Positions 9,808-18,344 of a DNA stretch of 64,000 nt are shown piece by piece. A program made the position numbers and the translations under genes. Source of the stretch: Desulfobacterales bacterium. GTDB taxonomy: Bacteria; Desulfobacterota; Desulfobacteria; Desulfobacterales; JAHDSC01. The notes below the pieces were generated by a model. It was not told where the DNA came from, did no database searches, and saw only the letters and a program-made list of their open reading frames with translations. The stretch covers positions 21,394 to 85,393 of the forward strand of contig JAXGJZ010000008.1 of the NCBI GenBank assembly GCA_040769985.1, given 5' to 3'. Each line of letters opens with the position of its first letter. Position 1 is the stretch's first letter.

Positions 9808-10404
9808 ATAGACGCGCTTCTTCTGAAAAATATCATCTGCCACGCTTCCCTTCCCGGGCCCCCCGCGGAAAATCCTTATCGGCCGGCATGTGTCTTTCTT
9901 CTTCTGTTTGAGAAAACCGAACCCTGCCTGCTCGCCATCCAGAAATCCGACAACGAAGGGTATCCGTGGCGCAACCAGATCGCACTTCCCGGCGGGCACA
10001 GGAGCGCGGAAGATGCTTGCCCGATGGACGCGGCGTTTCGCGAACTGGAAGAAGAACTGAATATCCCCGGGGATCAGGTTGAATTCATTGGCTCCATAGG
10101 GCATTTTAAAACGAATAGCCACCACAGGGACATCGAAGTATTTATCGGGTTATGGAATGGAAGGGGGCCTGTAAGATGTGACAGACGGGAGATTGCAAGA
10201 GTCCTGGAAATTCCGTTCAGCGATCTCCAAAGGATCCACAATCGTTCGAACTACCGTGGTCGCGATGCCGAATCCCTCGATTTGAGATATCCTTATAAAG
10301 ACGTGGTAATATGGGGGGCAACCGCCAGAATCCTGCATTTTTTCATTGAGCTTGCTTCGCCTTTCATCGGGGACAACCTTTCGATTTCACATCCGGCGTC
10401 CTGA
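9808..10404 (+). CDS. NUDIX hydrolase (CoA-pyrophosphatase-like); probable non-canonical start
   Basis: The frame is open upstream of the called ATG (10024): ...PACVFLLLFEKTEPCLLAIQKSDNEGYPWRNQIALPGGHRSAEDACPMDAAFRELEEELNI; C-terminal IWGATARIL. Confidence 0.8.
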   Translation: MDALLLKNIICHASLPGPPAENPYRPACVFLLLFEKTEPCLLAIQKSDNEGYPWRNQIALPGGHRSAEDACPMDAAFRELEEELNIPGDQVEFIGSIGHFKTNSHHRDIEVFIGLWNGRGPVRCDRREIARVLEIPFSDLQRIHNRSNYRGRDAESLDLRYPYKDVVIWGATARILHFFIELASPFIGDNLSISHPAS

Positions 10405-10434
10405 AAGATGAAAAGCTCCTTATGGGCTCCTTGA

Positions 10435-10692
10435 CTATTTTGAAAATTGAGCGCGACGTCTTTTTGTCATGCGAATGGCGGTGGAAATGATAACCCCCGC
10501 GCTCAGTACGATCAGAAGAATCGGAACCCACAAATACGCATGATATGCAGGATTTTCTCGACATACCAGGATGCCGCCGATGCCGAACAACAGAACACAA
10601 ACCATGAAAAATATCATGATACCGCATGCTTTTTCAGTGTCATACCAGGAAACGATGACTTTTCTGAAGACCGGATTCTGATCTAAACGCAT
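10435..10692 (-). CDS. Small two-TM membrane protein
   Basis: MRLDQNPVFRKVIVSWYD followed by two hydrophobic helices and a basic tail. Confidence 0.65.
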   Translation of the reverse strand: MRLDQNPVFRKVIVSWYDTEKACGIMIFFMVCVLLFGIGGILVCRENPAYHAYLWVPILLIVLSAGVIISTAIRMTKRRRAQFSK

Positions 10693-10806
10693 AATGATGC
10701 CATCCTGTTTTTTGACCGGGGTCTGCCGAACCAAAAACAAAAAACATTTGATCCAGGCATGATTTTTCATTGCAGTATAAGTTTATATTTTCTTAAAAAT
10801 CAAGTC

Positions 10807-11787
10807 ATGAAAAAGCCGGGGCGCCAAAAGAAATCATCCAACGGTTATAAGAAGCGCACCATGGGCCTTTTTCTGTCGATCCTTCTATTGGATATTTTGT
10901 CGGGATGCGCGTTGGCACCGAAAAAACTTCATATAAAAGATATTTCCGGCTCCTTCAAACCGGGGGCCATCATTTCTTCACAAAGCGGTATGCCGGTATC
11001 TCAGGAAACGCTTGTAGCGGACCTTGCCGGCGTTGCAATTGTCTATGTGGGGGAAAAACACAACGATCCGGCAAATCATGAGATACAGCTTCAGGTGATA
11101 AAGGCGATTTTCGAGCTGCGACCGAATCTTTCCATCGGCATGGAAATGTTTGATCATACCTATCAGCCCGTACTGGATTTATGGTCCGAAGGCAAACTGG
11201 ATCAGGAAGCTTTTCTAAAAAATACCCATTGGTATGCGAACTGGAAGTTTGATTTTGATTTATACCGCGATATTCTGAATTACATAAGAGAAAACCGGAT
11301 CAAGCTTGTGGGATTGAATATTCCGTTCCACATCCCTCCCAGAATCGCAGTCGGTGGCATCGAAAGCCTTCGCGAGGATGAAAGAAAGCACCTCCCGAAT
11401 AAAATTGACCCTTCCAACGTTGAACACCGGGAATATGTGGAAAAAATATTCAATCTGCATCATGTAAAGGGGGTGAATGACTTCCAAAATTTCTATATGG
11501 CCCAGTGTGTCTGGGAAGATGCAATGGCCGAAAGCATTGCTCTGAATTTAAAAGAAAATCCGATGATCGTTCTGGTCGGAAACGGCCACATGATTAAGAA
11601 ATTCGGTGTACCGGACCGGGTCTTTGCACGGACCCGCGTCCCCTTCCGAACGGTTTACCCCGCCCTGTCGGGGAGCCGTGTGGAACGTTCGTACGCAGAT
11701 TATATCTGGGTAACCCATCATATTGAAGAGCAAAAAAGGGGCAACCGGATGTCTGAAAAAAATACGGCAAAAGGGATGCATCAATAA
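10807..11787 (+). CDS. ChaN-family lipoprotein
   Basis: Lipobox LSGC; VYVGEKH, GMEMF, AQCVWEDAMA and GNGH motifs. Start uncertain (10759/10807/10861). Confidence 0.85.
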   Translation: MKKPGRQKKSSNGYKKRTMGLFLSILLLDILSGCALAPKKLHIKDISGSFKPGAIISSQSGMPVSQETLVADLAGVAIVYVGEKHNDPANHEIQLQVIKAIFELRPNLSIGMEMFDHTYQPVLDLWSEGKLDQEAFLKNTHWYANWKFDFDLYRDILNYIRENRIKLVGLNIPFHIPPRIAVGGIESLREDERKHLPNKIDPSNVEHREYVEKIFNLHHVKGVNDFQNFYMAQCVWEDAMAESIALNLKENPMIVLVGNGHMIKKFGVPDRVFARTRVPFRTVYPALSGSRVERSYADYIWVTHHIEEQKRGNRMSEKNTAKGMHQ

Positions 11788-11857
11788 AATTTTTCCGGGA
11801 AAAACCATCCATACCCCTCTGTATTTCTTTGCAATCCTTGCCGCATCCCCATTCGAA

Positions 11858-11905
11858 ACACTACATGTTGTATTTTTTTAATTGACAAGCAACAATATGT
11901 TGTTA
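11858..11905 (+). promoter_or_regulatory. Tandem NrdR boxes overlapping the nrdD sigma70 promoter
   Basis: ACACTACATGTTGTAT (11858) and CAACAATATGTTGTTA (11890) fit the consensus acaCwAtATaTwGtgt, 32 bp apart; TTGACA at 11882. Confidence 0.85.
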
Positions 11906-11930
11906 TAGGTCAATTATTACTCACCCTCCA

Positions 11931-11996
11931 TTTCCACCCTTGCATTACCGGCGAAACCGCCGCTAAAAATTCTTCGCTTTGATGCAAGGGTGGGAA
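11931..11996 (+). other. Long stem-loop in the nrdD 5' leader
   Basis: 17-bp stem TTTCCACCCTTGCATTA/TGATGCAAGGGTGGGAA enclosing the hairpin CGGCG-AAAC-CGCCG. Confidence 0.55.
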
Positions 11997-12053
11997 TATG
12001 TACACGGAACGAATTGAAAGTTTCAAACAAACGGGTTCATCAGGGAGACACCA

Positions 12054-14144
12054 ATGTTCGAAAATATAAAAAAACGGGATGGAAGAGTTGTAGAGTTTGA
12101 TTCATCAAAAATAACCGCGGCAATTGCCAAGGCAGGAAATGCAACCGGAGAATTCGGACAGCGGGAAGCCCAGAAATTAACGCTTCGGGTTCTGACCCTG
12201 GCTCATCACATGCGGCTGGGTCCTCTGCCGGAAGTTGAAGAAATCCAGGATATCGTGGAACGGGTACTTCTCGATTCCACCTTTTACAAGACGGCGAAGG
12301 CCTATATCATTTACCGGGAACAGCACGCCCAGATCCGGAACATCGCAACGAAGGCCAATGTGGATCTGGTCGAAAACTACATCCAGAAACTGGACTGGAA
12401 AATAAAAGAAAACAGCAACATGTGCTACTCCCTGCAAGGCCTGAACAATTATATATCTTCCGATATTACCTCGGAATACTGGCTGAATTGTATTTACCCC
12501 CCCGAAATCCGGAACGCCCACAAAAGTGGAGATCTTCATATCCATGATCTCAGTCTGCTTTCGGTTTACTGTGTCGGCTGGGATCTAAAAGATCTCCTCA
12601 AACAGGGGTTCAAGGGCGTAGAGGGCAAAGTCGAAAGCGCCCCGCCGAAACACCTCCGCTCGGCGCTTGGTCAAATCGTCAATTTTTTTTATACACTTCA
12701 GGGAGAAGCCGCCGGGGCCCAGGCGATTTCGAACTTTGACACGCTTCTTGCCCCCTTTGTGCGCTCCGACAAACTGAACTATCATGAAGTGAAACAGGCG
12801 ATCCAGGAATTTGTTTTCAATATCAATATCCCTACACGGGTCGGATTCCAGACGCCGTTTACCAACATTACCATGGATCTTTACGCATCCCCCATACTCA
12901 AAGATCAGCCGGTTATTATCGGCGGCGTGGAGCAGAAAGAAACCTACCTCGAATTTCAGCCGGAAATGGACATGATCAACAAGGCCTTTGCCGAGGTGAT
13001 GATCGAAGGCGACGCAAAAGGAAGAGTCTTTACGTTTCCTATCCCGACTTACAACATCACGGCCGACTTTGACTGGGATAACCCGAATTTCGAATCGATC
13101 TGGAAAATGACCGGGAAATACGGCATCCCCTACTTTTCTAACTTTGTCAATTCCGACATGTCCCCTGAGGATGCCAGGTCCATGTGTTGTCGGTTGCGGC
13201 TTGACAATCGGGAACTTTTAAAAAGAGGCGGCGGTCTTTTCGGCGCAAACCCGCTGACCGGATCCATTGGCGTGGTAACCATAAACATGCCTCGGATTGC
13301 ATATCTATCACGGACGAAAAAAGATTTTTTGGAAAATCTGGAAGAAAAAATTCGGATGGCGCAAAAAAGTCTTTCCATCAAGCGCAAGGTCCTTGAGAAA
13401 TTTACGGAAAAGAATCTCTATCCCTATTCCAGTTTTTATCTGAGAGAAATCAAAGGCGGGGCAGGGTTATACTGGAAGAATCATTTTTCCACCATCGGCA
13501 TTATCGGCATGAACGAAGCCTGCCTGAACTTTCTCGGCGAAAACATCGCCGGCGATGCCGGTCAGTCGTTTTCACTGGAAGTCATGGATTTTATCCGCGA
13601 AGTGATTTCAAAGATTCAGGAAGAAACCGGTGAACTTTTTAACCTGGAAGCAACACCCGGTGAAGGGACGTCTTATCGCCTCGCTTTAATCGATAAAAGC
13701 CGATTCCCGGATATCATCTGCGCAAACGAAAAAGAGTATCGAGAAGGCGCCTCGCCGTTCTATACCAACTCCACTCAACTTCCGGTGAATTATACCGACG
13801 ATCTTTTCGAAACCATGCAGCTGCAGGACCATCTCCAGGCAAAATACACCGGTGGAACCGTGCTTCATCTCTTCCTGGGCGAGGAGGTCAGTGACGTGGA
13901 GGCCATAAAATGCCTGATTAAAAAAATTACCGGCAATTTCCGCCTCCCCTATTTCACCCTGACCCCGACGTTCAGTGTCTGTCCATCCTGCGGATACAAG
14001 AGCGGCCAACATGAAACCTGCCCCACCTGCGGCAGGGAAACCGAAATTTATTCAAGGGTTGTAGGCTACTTAAGGCCGGTCAAGCAGTGGAATGACGGAA
14101 AGCGGGCGGAATTTGTGATACGGAAAACGTTCAAGGTTGCATGA
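12054..14144 (+). CDS. nrdD: Anaerobic (class III) ribonucleoside-triphosphate reductase
   Basis: ATP cone (IKKRDG), SMCCRL, Zn site CPSC...CPTC and glycyl-radical SRVVGYLRP. Confidence 0.97.
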   Translation: MFENIKKRDGRVVEFDSSKITAAIAKAGNATGEFGQREAQKLTLRVLTLAHHMRLGPLPEVEEIQDIVERVLLDSTFYKTAKAYIIYREQHAQIRNIATKANVDLVENYIQKLDWKIKENSNMCYSLQGLNNYISSDITSEYWLNCIYPPEIRNAHKSGDLHIHDLSLLSVYCVGWDLKDLLKQGFKGVEGKVESAPPKHLRSALGQIVNFFYTLQGEAAGAQAISNFDTLLAPFVRSDKLNYHEVKQAIQEFVFNINIPTRVGFQTPFTNITMDLYASPILKDQPVIIGGVEQKETYLEFQPEMDMINKAFAEVMIEGDAKGRVFTFPIPTYNITADFDWDNPNFESIWKMTGKYGIPYFSNFVNSDMSPEDARSMCCRLRLDNRELLKRGGGLFGANPLTGSIGVVTINMPRIAYLSRTKKDFLENLEEKIRMAQKSLSIKRKVLEKFTEKNLYPYSSFYLREIKGGAGLYWKNHFSTIGIIGMNEACLNFLGENIAGDAGQSFSLEVMDFIREVISKIQEETGELFNLEATPGEGTSYRLALIDKSRFPDIICANEKEYREGASPFYTNSTQLPVNYTDDLFETMQLQDHLQAKYTGGTVLHLFLGEEVSDVEAIKCLIKKITGNFRLPYFTLTPTFSVCPSCGYKSGQHETCPTCGRETEIYSRVVGYLRPVKQWNDGKRAEFVIRKTFKVA

Positions 14145-14336
14145 AAAGAATGATGAAGCCGCGGACCGATCCATAACCTCGAACCCTCGCGGAACCGCAT
14201 GGTTTTGTTGGAGATCGATTGAAATATCATAAAAGCCCGGTTTATCGCTCAAACTTCATGCCCCGAATCTATCCGGGGTATCGATTGAACCCACGTTCTT
14301 GTTTCAACATCTGGAAAACACGCAGGAAAATCACTC

Positions 14337-14681
14337 ATGGAAATTATAGAAATCGACAATTGCACTGAAATCAGAACCGAAGAACTTCCCGGGGTCACAA
14401 AACAAATCCCGATCGGTCGGAATACCGGTTCCGATGAAATCATCATGAGGCTTTTTACCCTGGATCCGGGCGCCGCAACTCCATATCATACGCACGATTT
14501 TCCTCACCTTGTAAAAATAGAAAGCGGGAAAGGCGTTCTTATAGACAACGAGGCAAAGGAACATCCGATATCGGTCGGCAGCTACATATACATCGCGGAC
14601 AACGAACGGCATGGATTTAAAAACACGGGCAACGAACCCTTCAAATTTTTGTGCATTGTTCCATCCAGGGGGGAAGCCTGA
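14337..14681 (+). CDS. Cupin-domain protein
   Basis: TPYHTH...G...ERHGFKNTG cupin_2 pattern. Confidence 0.85.
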   Translation: MEIIEIDNCTEIRTEELPGVTKQIPIGRNTGSDEIIMRLFTLDPGAATPYHTHDFPHLVKIESGKGVLIDNEAKEHPISVGSYIYIADNERHGFKNTGNEPFKFLCIVPSRGEA

Positions 14682-14919
14682 TCCGCCGATTCCTTGCTTC
14701 TGAAAGAAATGCCGGATCATCCGGAGCTTGATCGAAAAGAAAAAAATCCGGAGATTGTTTCAGAGATTGCGGCCGGTCGAAGGGTGGAAATACGATAAAA
14801 AAAACGAGAAGGCGTTCGAGGGGCTTTTCGCTTGTCATTTTGATAAAAAAATTCGGTGGAGGAGATCGATTGATCCGCCGGATGGAGGCTTACGCCCCGG
14901 CCATTAAGGATTCATACCC

Positions 14920-15615
14920 ATGATTTTCGGCGGCTTGCAAAAAAATTCGCTGATTGATTATCCCGGAAAGCTCAGTTGCGTGCTCTTTATTTCAGGCTGC
15001 AATTTTTATTGCCCTTACTGTCACAATCCGGATCTTGTAAAAGGGACCCCCACCGCCCCGCTTTCGGAAAAAAGTTTCTTTGACTTTATTCAAAAGCGAA
15101 AAGGATTTTTGGACGCAGTGGTTATTTCAGGGGGTGAACCCACCCTTTATAAAGAACTTTTTCCCCTTTGCCGAAAAATCAAACAAGCGGGATACCCGGT
15201 AAAGCTGGACACCAATGGAAGCCGACCGGAGATCATTGAAACGCTCATCGGCGAAAATCTTATCGACTGCATCGCCATGGACATAAAAACCGAGCCTACC
15301 CGCTATCCAACCTGGATTCAAACGAATTGCAATCCTGCAACCATCCTTTCCAGCATCCGGATCATCATGGAATCGGGTATGGATCATGAATTCAGGACAA
15401 CCTGCATAAAACCCCTTGTCGATGAACAGGTAATCGAAAGCGTTTCCCGGCTCATAAAAGGGGCGATGCGGTATGCATTACAAAAATTTCGAAACCTTTC
15501 GGAAGTTCTCCGGCCTGAATTTTTCCTGGAAAATGCTTTCCTTATCGACGATGACGAACTTCTGTATCTGAAATCCATTGCCGAATCGTGGGTCGAAAAA
15601 TGCATCGTCCGATGA
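14920..15615 (+). CDS. nrdG: Class III RNR activating radical SAM enzyme
   Basis: GCNFYCPYCHNP, SGGEPT, KLDTNG and EFRTT motifs. Confidence 0.95.
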   Translation: MIFGGLQKNSLIDYPGKLSCVLFISGCNFYCPYCHNPDLVKGTPTAPLSEKSFFDFIQKRKGFLDAVVISGGEPTLYKELFPLCRKIKQAGYPVKLDTNGSRPEIIETLIGENLIDCIAMDIKTEPTRYPTWIQTNCNPATILSSIRIIMESGMDHEFRTTCIKPLVDEQVIESVSRLIKGAMRYALQKFRNLSEVLRPEFFLENAFLIDDDELLYLKSIAESWVEKCIVR

Positions 15616-15689
15616 TCGGCATGGGAGCGACTCACCGAAAACAGGGAATCCTGCCGGACGTAATCGCCGGTTAATGGGAGAAACCGGAT

Positions 15690-16022
15690 TTGCAAACCCT
15701 CCTGAAATTGGCAATCAGCGTTCTCATCATCCTTTTCTGTGCGCAGGTTGGAAAGAGATTCCCGTCACTGGCCGGCCTGGTAGCCACCATGCCCCTGACC
15801 GGGTTGATCGTTTTGATATGGCTGTATTGCGATAATCCCGGAGATTACGAATTGATGGCCGACTATACCAAAGGCGCTTTCTGGGGTATTCTGCCCACCA
15901 TTTTATTTTTCCTGGTTGCCTTTATCTGTTTCAAGAAAAATCTGGGGCTTCCGGTCGTCCTGCTGTTCAGCTTCTCTGTCTGGCTGATCGGCGCCTTTTT
16001 TCATCAATGGTTTCTCAGGTGA
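15690..16022 (+). CDS. DUF3147-like four-TM membrane protein
   Basis: KRFPSLAGLVATMPLT motif and four hydrophobic segments; TTG start. Confidence 0.7.
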   Translation: MQTLLKLAISVLIILFCAQVGKRFPSLAGLVATMPLTGLIVLIWLYCDNPGDYELMADYTKGAFWGILPTILFFLVAFICFKKNLGLPVVLLFSFSVWLIGAFFHQWFLR

Positions 16023-16075
16023 TGGAACATGAAAAACGAAAAGCCCACCGAGAGCGTTTCATTCCCTGAACAGCG

Positions 16076-16240
16076 TCAGAAATCACAATTTCCGATTTCA
16101 TATTCCGTTTCTTCGGATCCGCTTTCATAATTCATTTTTTTGTGACAGACGGGGCAATAAAAATAATTGGGATAAGGATCTCTTCCGCATTTTTTGCATG
16201 CTCTTCCGGAAACACCTTTTTTATTTTTATGTTTTTTCAA
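16076..16240 (-). CDS. 54-aa zinc-ribbon mini-protein, copy 2 (not in ORF track)
   Basis: TTG start: MKKHKNKKGVSGRACKKCGRDPYPNYFYCPVCHKKMNYESGSEETEYEIGNCDF*; clear paralog of 16543-16707. Confidence 0.75.
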   Translation of the reverse strand: MKKHKNKKGVSGRACKKCGRDPYPNYFYCPVCHKKMNYESGSEETEYEIGNCDF

Positions 16241-16453
16241 TTGATTGCTTCCATTTTTGTCAGGGTATGTTTCTTACAAGATAATATCTTTTTTTTATTA
16301 TGCAACCGGCAGGCGCTCAGGAATTAACCTGCGATTCCAGCCTGAATCATTCCCGTGTCTCCTTCGAATAAAACGGCCGGGGCGGCGGATCGAGTTGCAG
16401 TCTGAAACAACGACGGGGTTTCCGGAAAAAACATAAGATGAAACAATAATTCA

Positions 16454-16510
16454 TTGAACCGCGGCAGAAAGCGCGTTCCCTTCAGCTTGCCGCGGGGAAT
16501 CTTCAATTAT
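16454..16510 (-). repeat. Dispersed palindromic repeat, copy 1
   Basis: Reverse complement ATAATTGAAGATTCCCCGCGGCAAGCTGAAGGGAACGCGCTTTCTGCCGCGGTTCAA matches the copies at 22491 and 38795. Confidence 0.75.
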
Positions 16511-16542
16511 ATCGATCGAATGATAAAGGAATGGAAAATATT

Positions 16543-16707
16543 TTACTCCCACTCCTCATACCCGGTCTCTTCGGAATCACTTTCGGCCAAATGGATTTTT
16601 TTATGGCACGCGGGACAATAGAAATAGTTCGGATAAGGGTCTCTTCCGCATTTCCTGCATACTCTGCCGGAGGCGGTTTTTTTCTTTTTAACTTTTTCCG
16701 AATTCAT
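16543..16707 (-). CDS. 54-aa zinc-ribbon mini-protein, copy 1, with acidic C-terminus ending EEWE
   Basis: MNSEKVKKKKTASGRVCRKCGRDPYPNYFYCPACHKKIHLAESDSEETGYEEWE*; start chosen by paralogy, as the longer ORF-track N-terminus looks non-coding. Confidence 0.75.
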   Translation of the reverse strand: MNSEKVKKKKTASGRVCRKCGRDPYPNYFYCPACHKKIHLAESDSEETGYEEWE

Positions 16708-16998
16708 CTCCGTTTCCGGAATTTCGTCATTTCCGAACCCACCGACATTGTTGTTCGTCCACTGCACATTCGCATTCCGGTATTCAGCGTCACCGCAACA
16801 CGCGGAAGAGGCCGGATTCGAAGACGGTTCCAGCTGTTGTCTACTTGCCCTGCATTTTCTTGTTTTAATCTGTCTTATCGCCACCTTGAACCCTTCGGTT
16901 TTTTCATGATTTGTTTCATAAGCAAAAAAGGCTCTGCAAGTTATTCGGAACATACCCTTCAATCACCGAACGAGAATCGAAAAAAGCCTTCTCCCACG

Positions 16999-17808
16999 TC
17001 AACCTGCCAGGGATAATATCGGTTTTTCAGGATCATGCGACGGTTCGCTTAATTTCAACAGATAATCATAAATCACCTCTCCGGGAATAATCCGCCGCTC
17101 CTTGAGACCGCGAAGCCCGAAAAAGGGATTAAACTCAAAAAAATAATATCCATCCTCAGTTTCCGCCAGGTCGAATCCCGCGTGATTGATATTTAGGTTA
17201 CCGGAGATCCGTTCCACCATGGAAACCGCTTCGGGAGGCACTCCCGTAAAAGAAATCCGACCGCCACGGGCTACATTGGAATAAAATCCTCCCTCGGGGA
17301 TTTCTCTCCAGTAAGCAGCGACCGCCTTTGCGCCAATAACCACCACCCGCAAGTCCCGGTGAATCGGAAGATATTCCTGAACCAGCCAAACGGTGTTTTC
17401 ACGGGCATAGGCAAACCACTCGCGCCGGGAATGGATTAAGATTACGCCGCGTCCAATCGAATTTCGCACCTCTTTCGCCACAAAAGGAAAATCAAACTCA
17501 TCCATGACCTTTTGGATGTTCGATTCATCGCGGGCATAAATCCGGGTGCGAGGAACATTTTGAGGGCACACGGTCCAAAACACCCGTGTCATTTCCACTT
17601 TGTCATGGCCCAGATGATACGTGCTGATGCTCGGGAAAATCCGTTTCTTAAGGCCGTAAACCAAGGCGTTCACCTGCCAGAACTCAGGGAAAAGAATCCA
17701 GTCCGCCCCCCTGATTCGTTCTTTGCAGCGGAAAATCTCCTCGGGTTTGACATACACCGTGCCGGGAATCCCAAGTGAACGGAAAGGATTGAAAGAAACC
17801 AGTTGCAT
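16999..17808 (-). CDS. RimK/LysX-like ATP-grasp peptide ligase
   Basis: HDK, FPFVAK...SIGRGV, LVQEYL, DLRVVV, SNVARGG, GFD and FEFN motifs. Start at MQLVSF with an AAGGA SD. Confidence 0.88.
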   Translation of the reverse strand: MQLVSFNPFRSLGIPGTVYVKPEEIFRCKERIRGADWILFPEFWQVNALVYGLKKRIFPSISTYHLGHDKVEMTRVFWTVCPQNVPRTRIYARDESNIQKVMDEFDFPFVAKEVRNSIGRGVILIHSRREWFAYARENTVWLVQEYLPIHRDLRVVVIGAKAVAAYWREIPEGGFYSNVARGGRISFTGVPPEAVSMVERISGNLNINHAGFDLAETEDGYYFFEFNPFFGLRGLKERRIIPGEVIYDYLLKLSEPSHDPEKPILSLAG

Positions 17809-18344
17809 AATGAATCCTTGCTCGATGGACCGAACCGGATCTGTATTTTTTTTAATATTTTTCGGAATAATAATACATTTTTCCAATAAAGCAATAAGTA
17901 TGTTACAAAACCCAACTCTCTGATTTTAAAATGTATAAGTTTCAACGGATGCTTCAGGCAGATTTCCGGAGGATGTCTTGCAGGGATTGTTTTTTTGTTT
18001 TTCTATCGAAAATTATTTGAACGGAAACTCGCGGACAGGTCCTCTGGTTTATTGAGAGTATTCGCCGGATGAAATTCGGTTTTTCCCCGGGGTACGAGAC
18101 CGAATAATATGGATCGGAGAAAGCAATTACGAAAACCGCTCATAAACTTTTTCCCGCCGCTACCGATATGTTGAAAAATGAGGCGGCGTATACGTATAAA
18201 GGTTATGGATCAGATGACGAAACGGTTGAGCGCATCAAACCGGCGACATTGACTTTACGAAATGCAATGGAAATTTTTAAAAACATTTCGATGGATAGCG
18301 AACGAATTTCCGTTTGTCCTTTTTTTGCACCGATGGGAAAATCG

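Noticed and set aside
16708..16962. Longer 139-aa version of the zinc-ribbon protein
   Set aside because: Paralogy with the 54-aa copy begins only at MNSEK; the upstream part looks non-coding.
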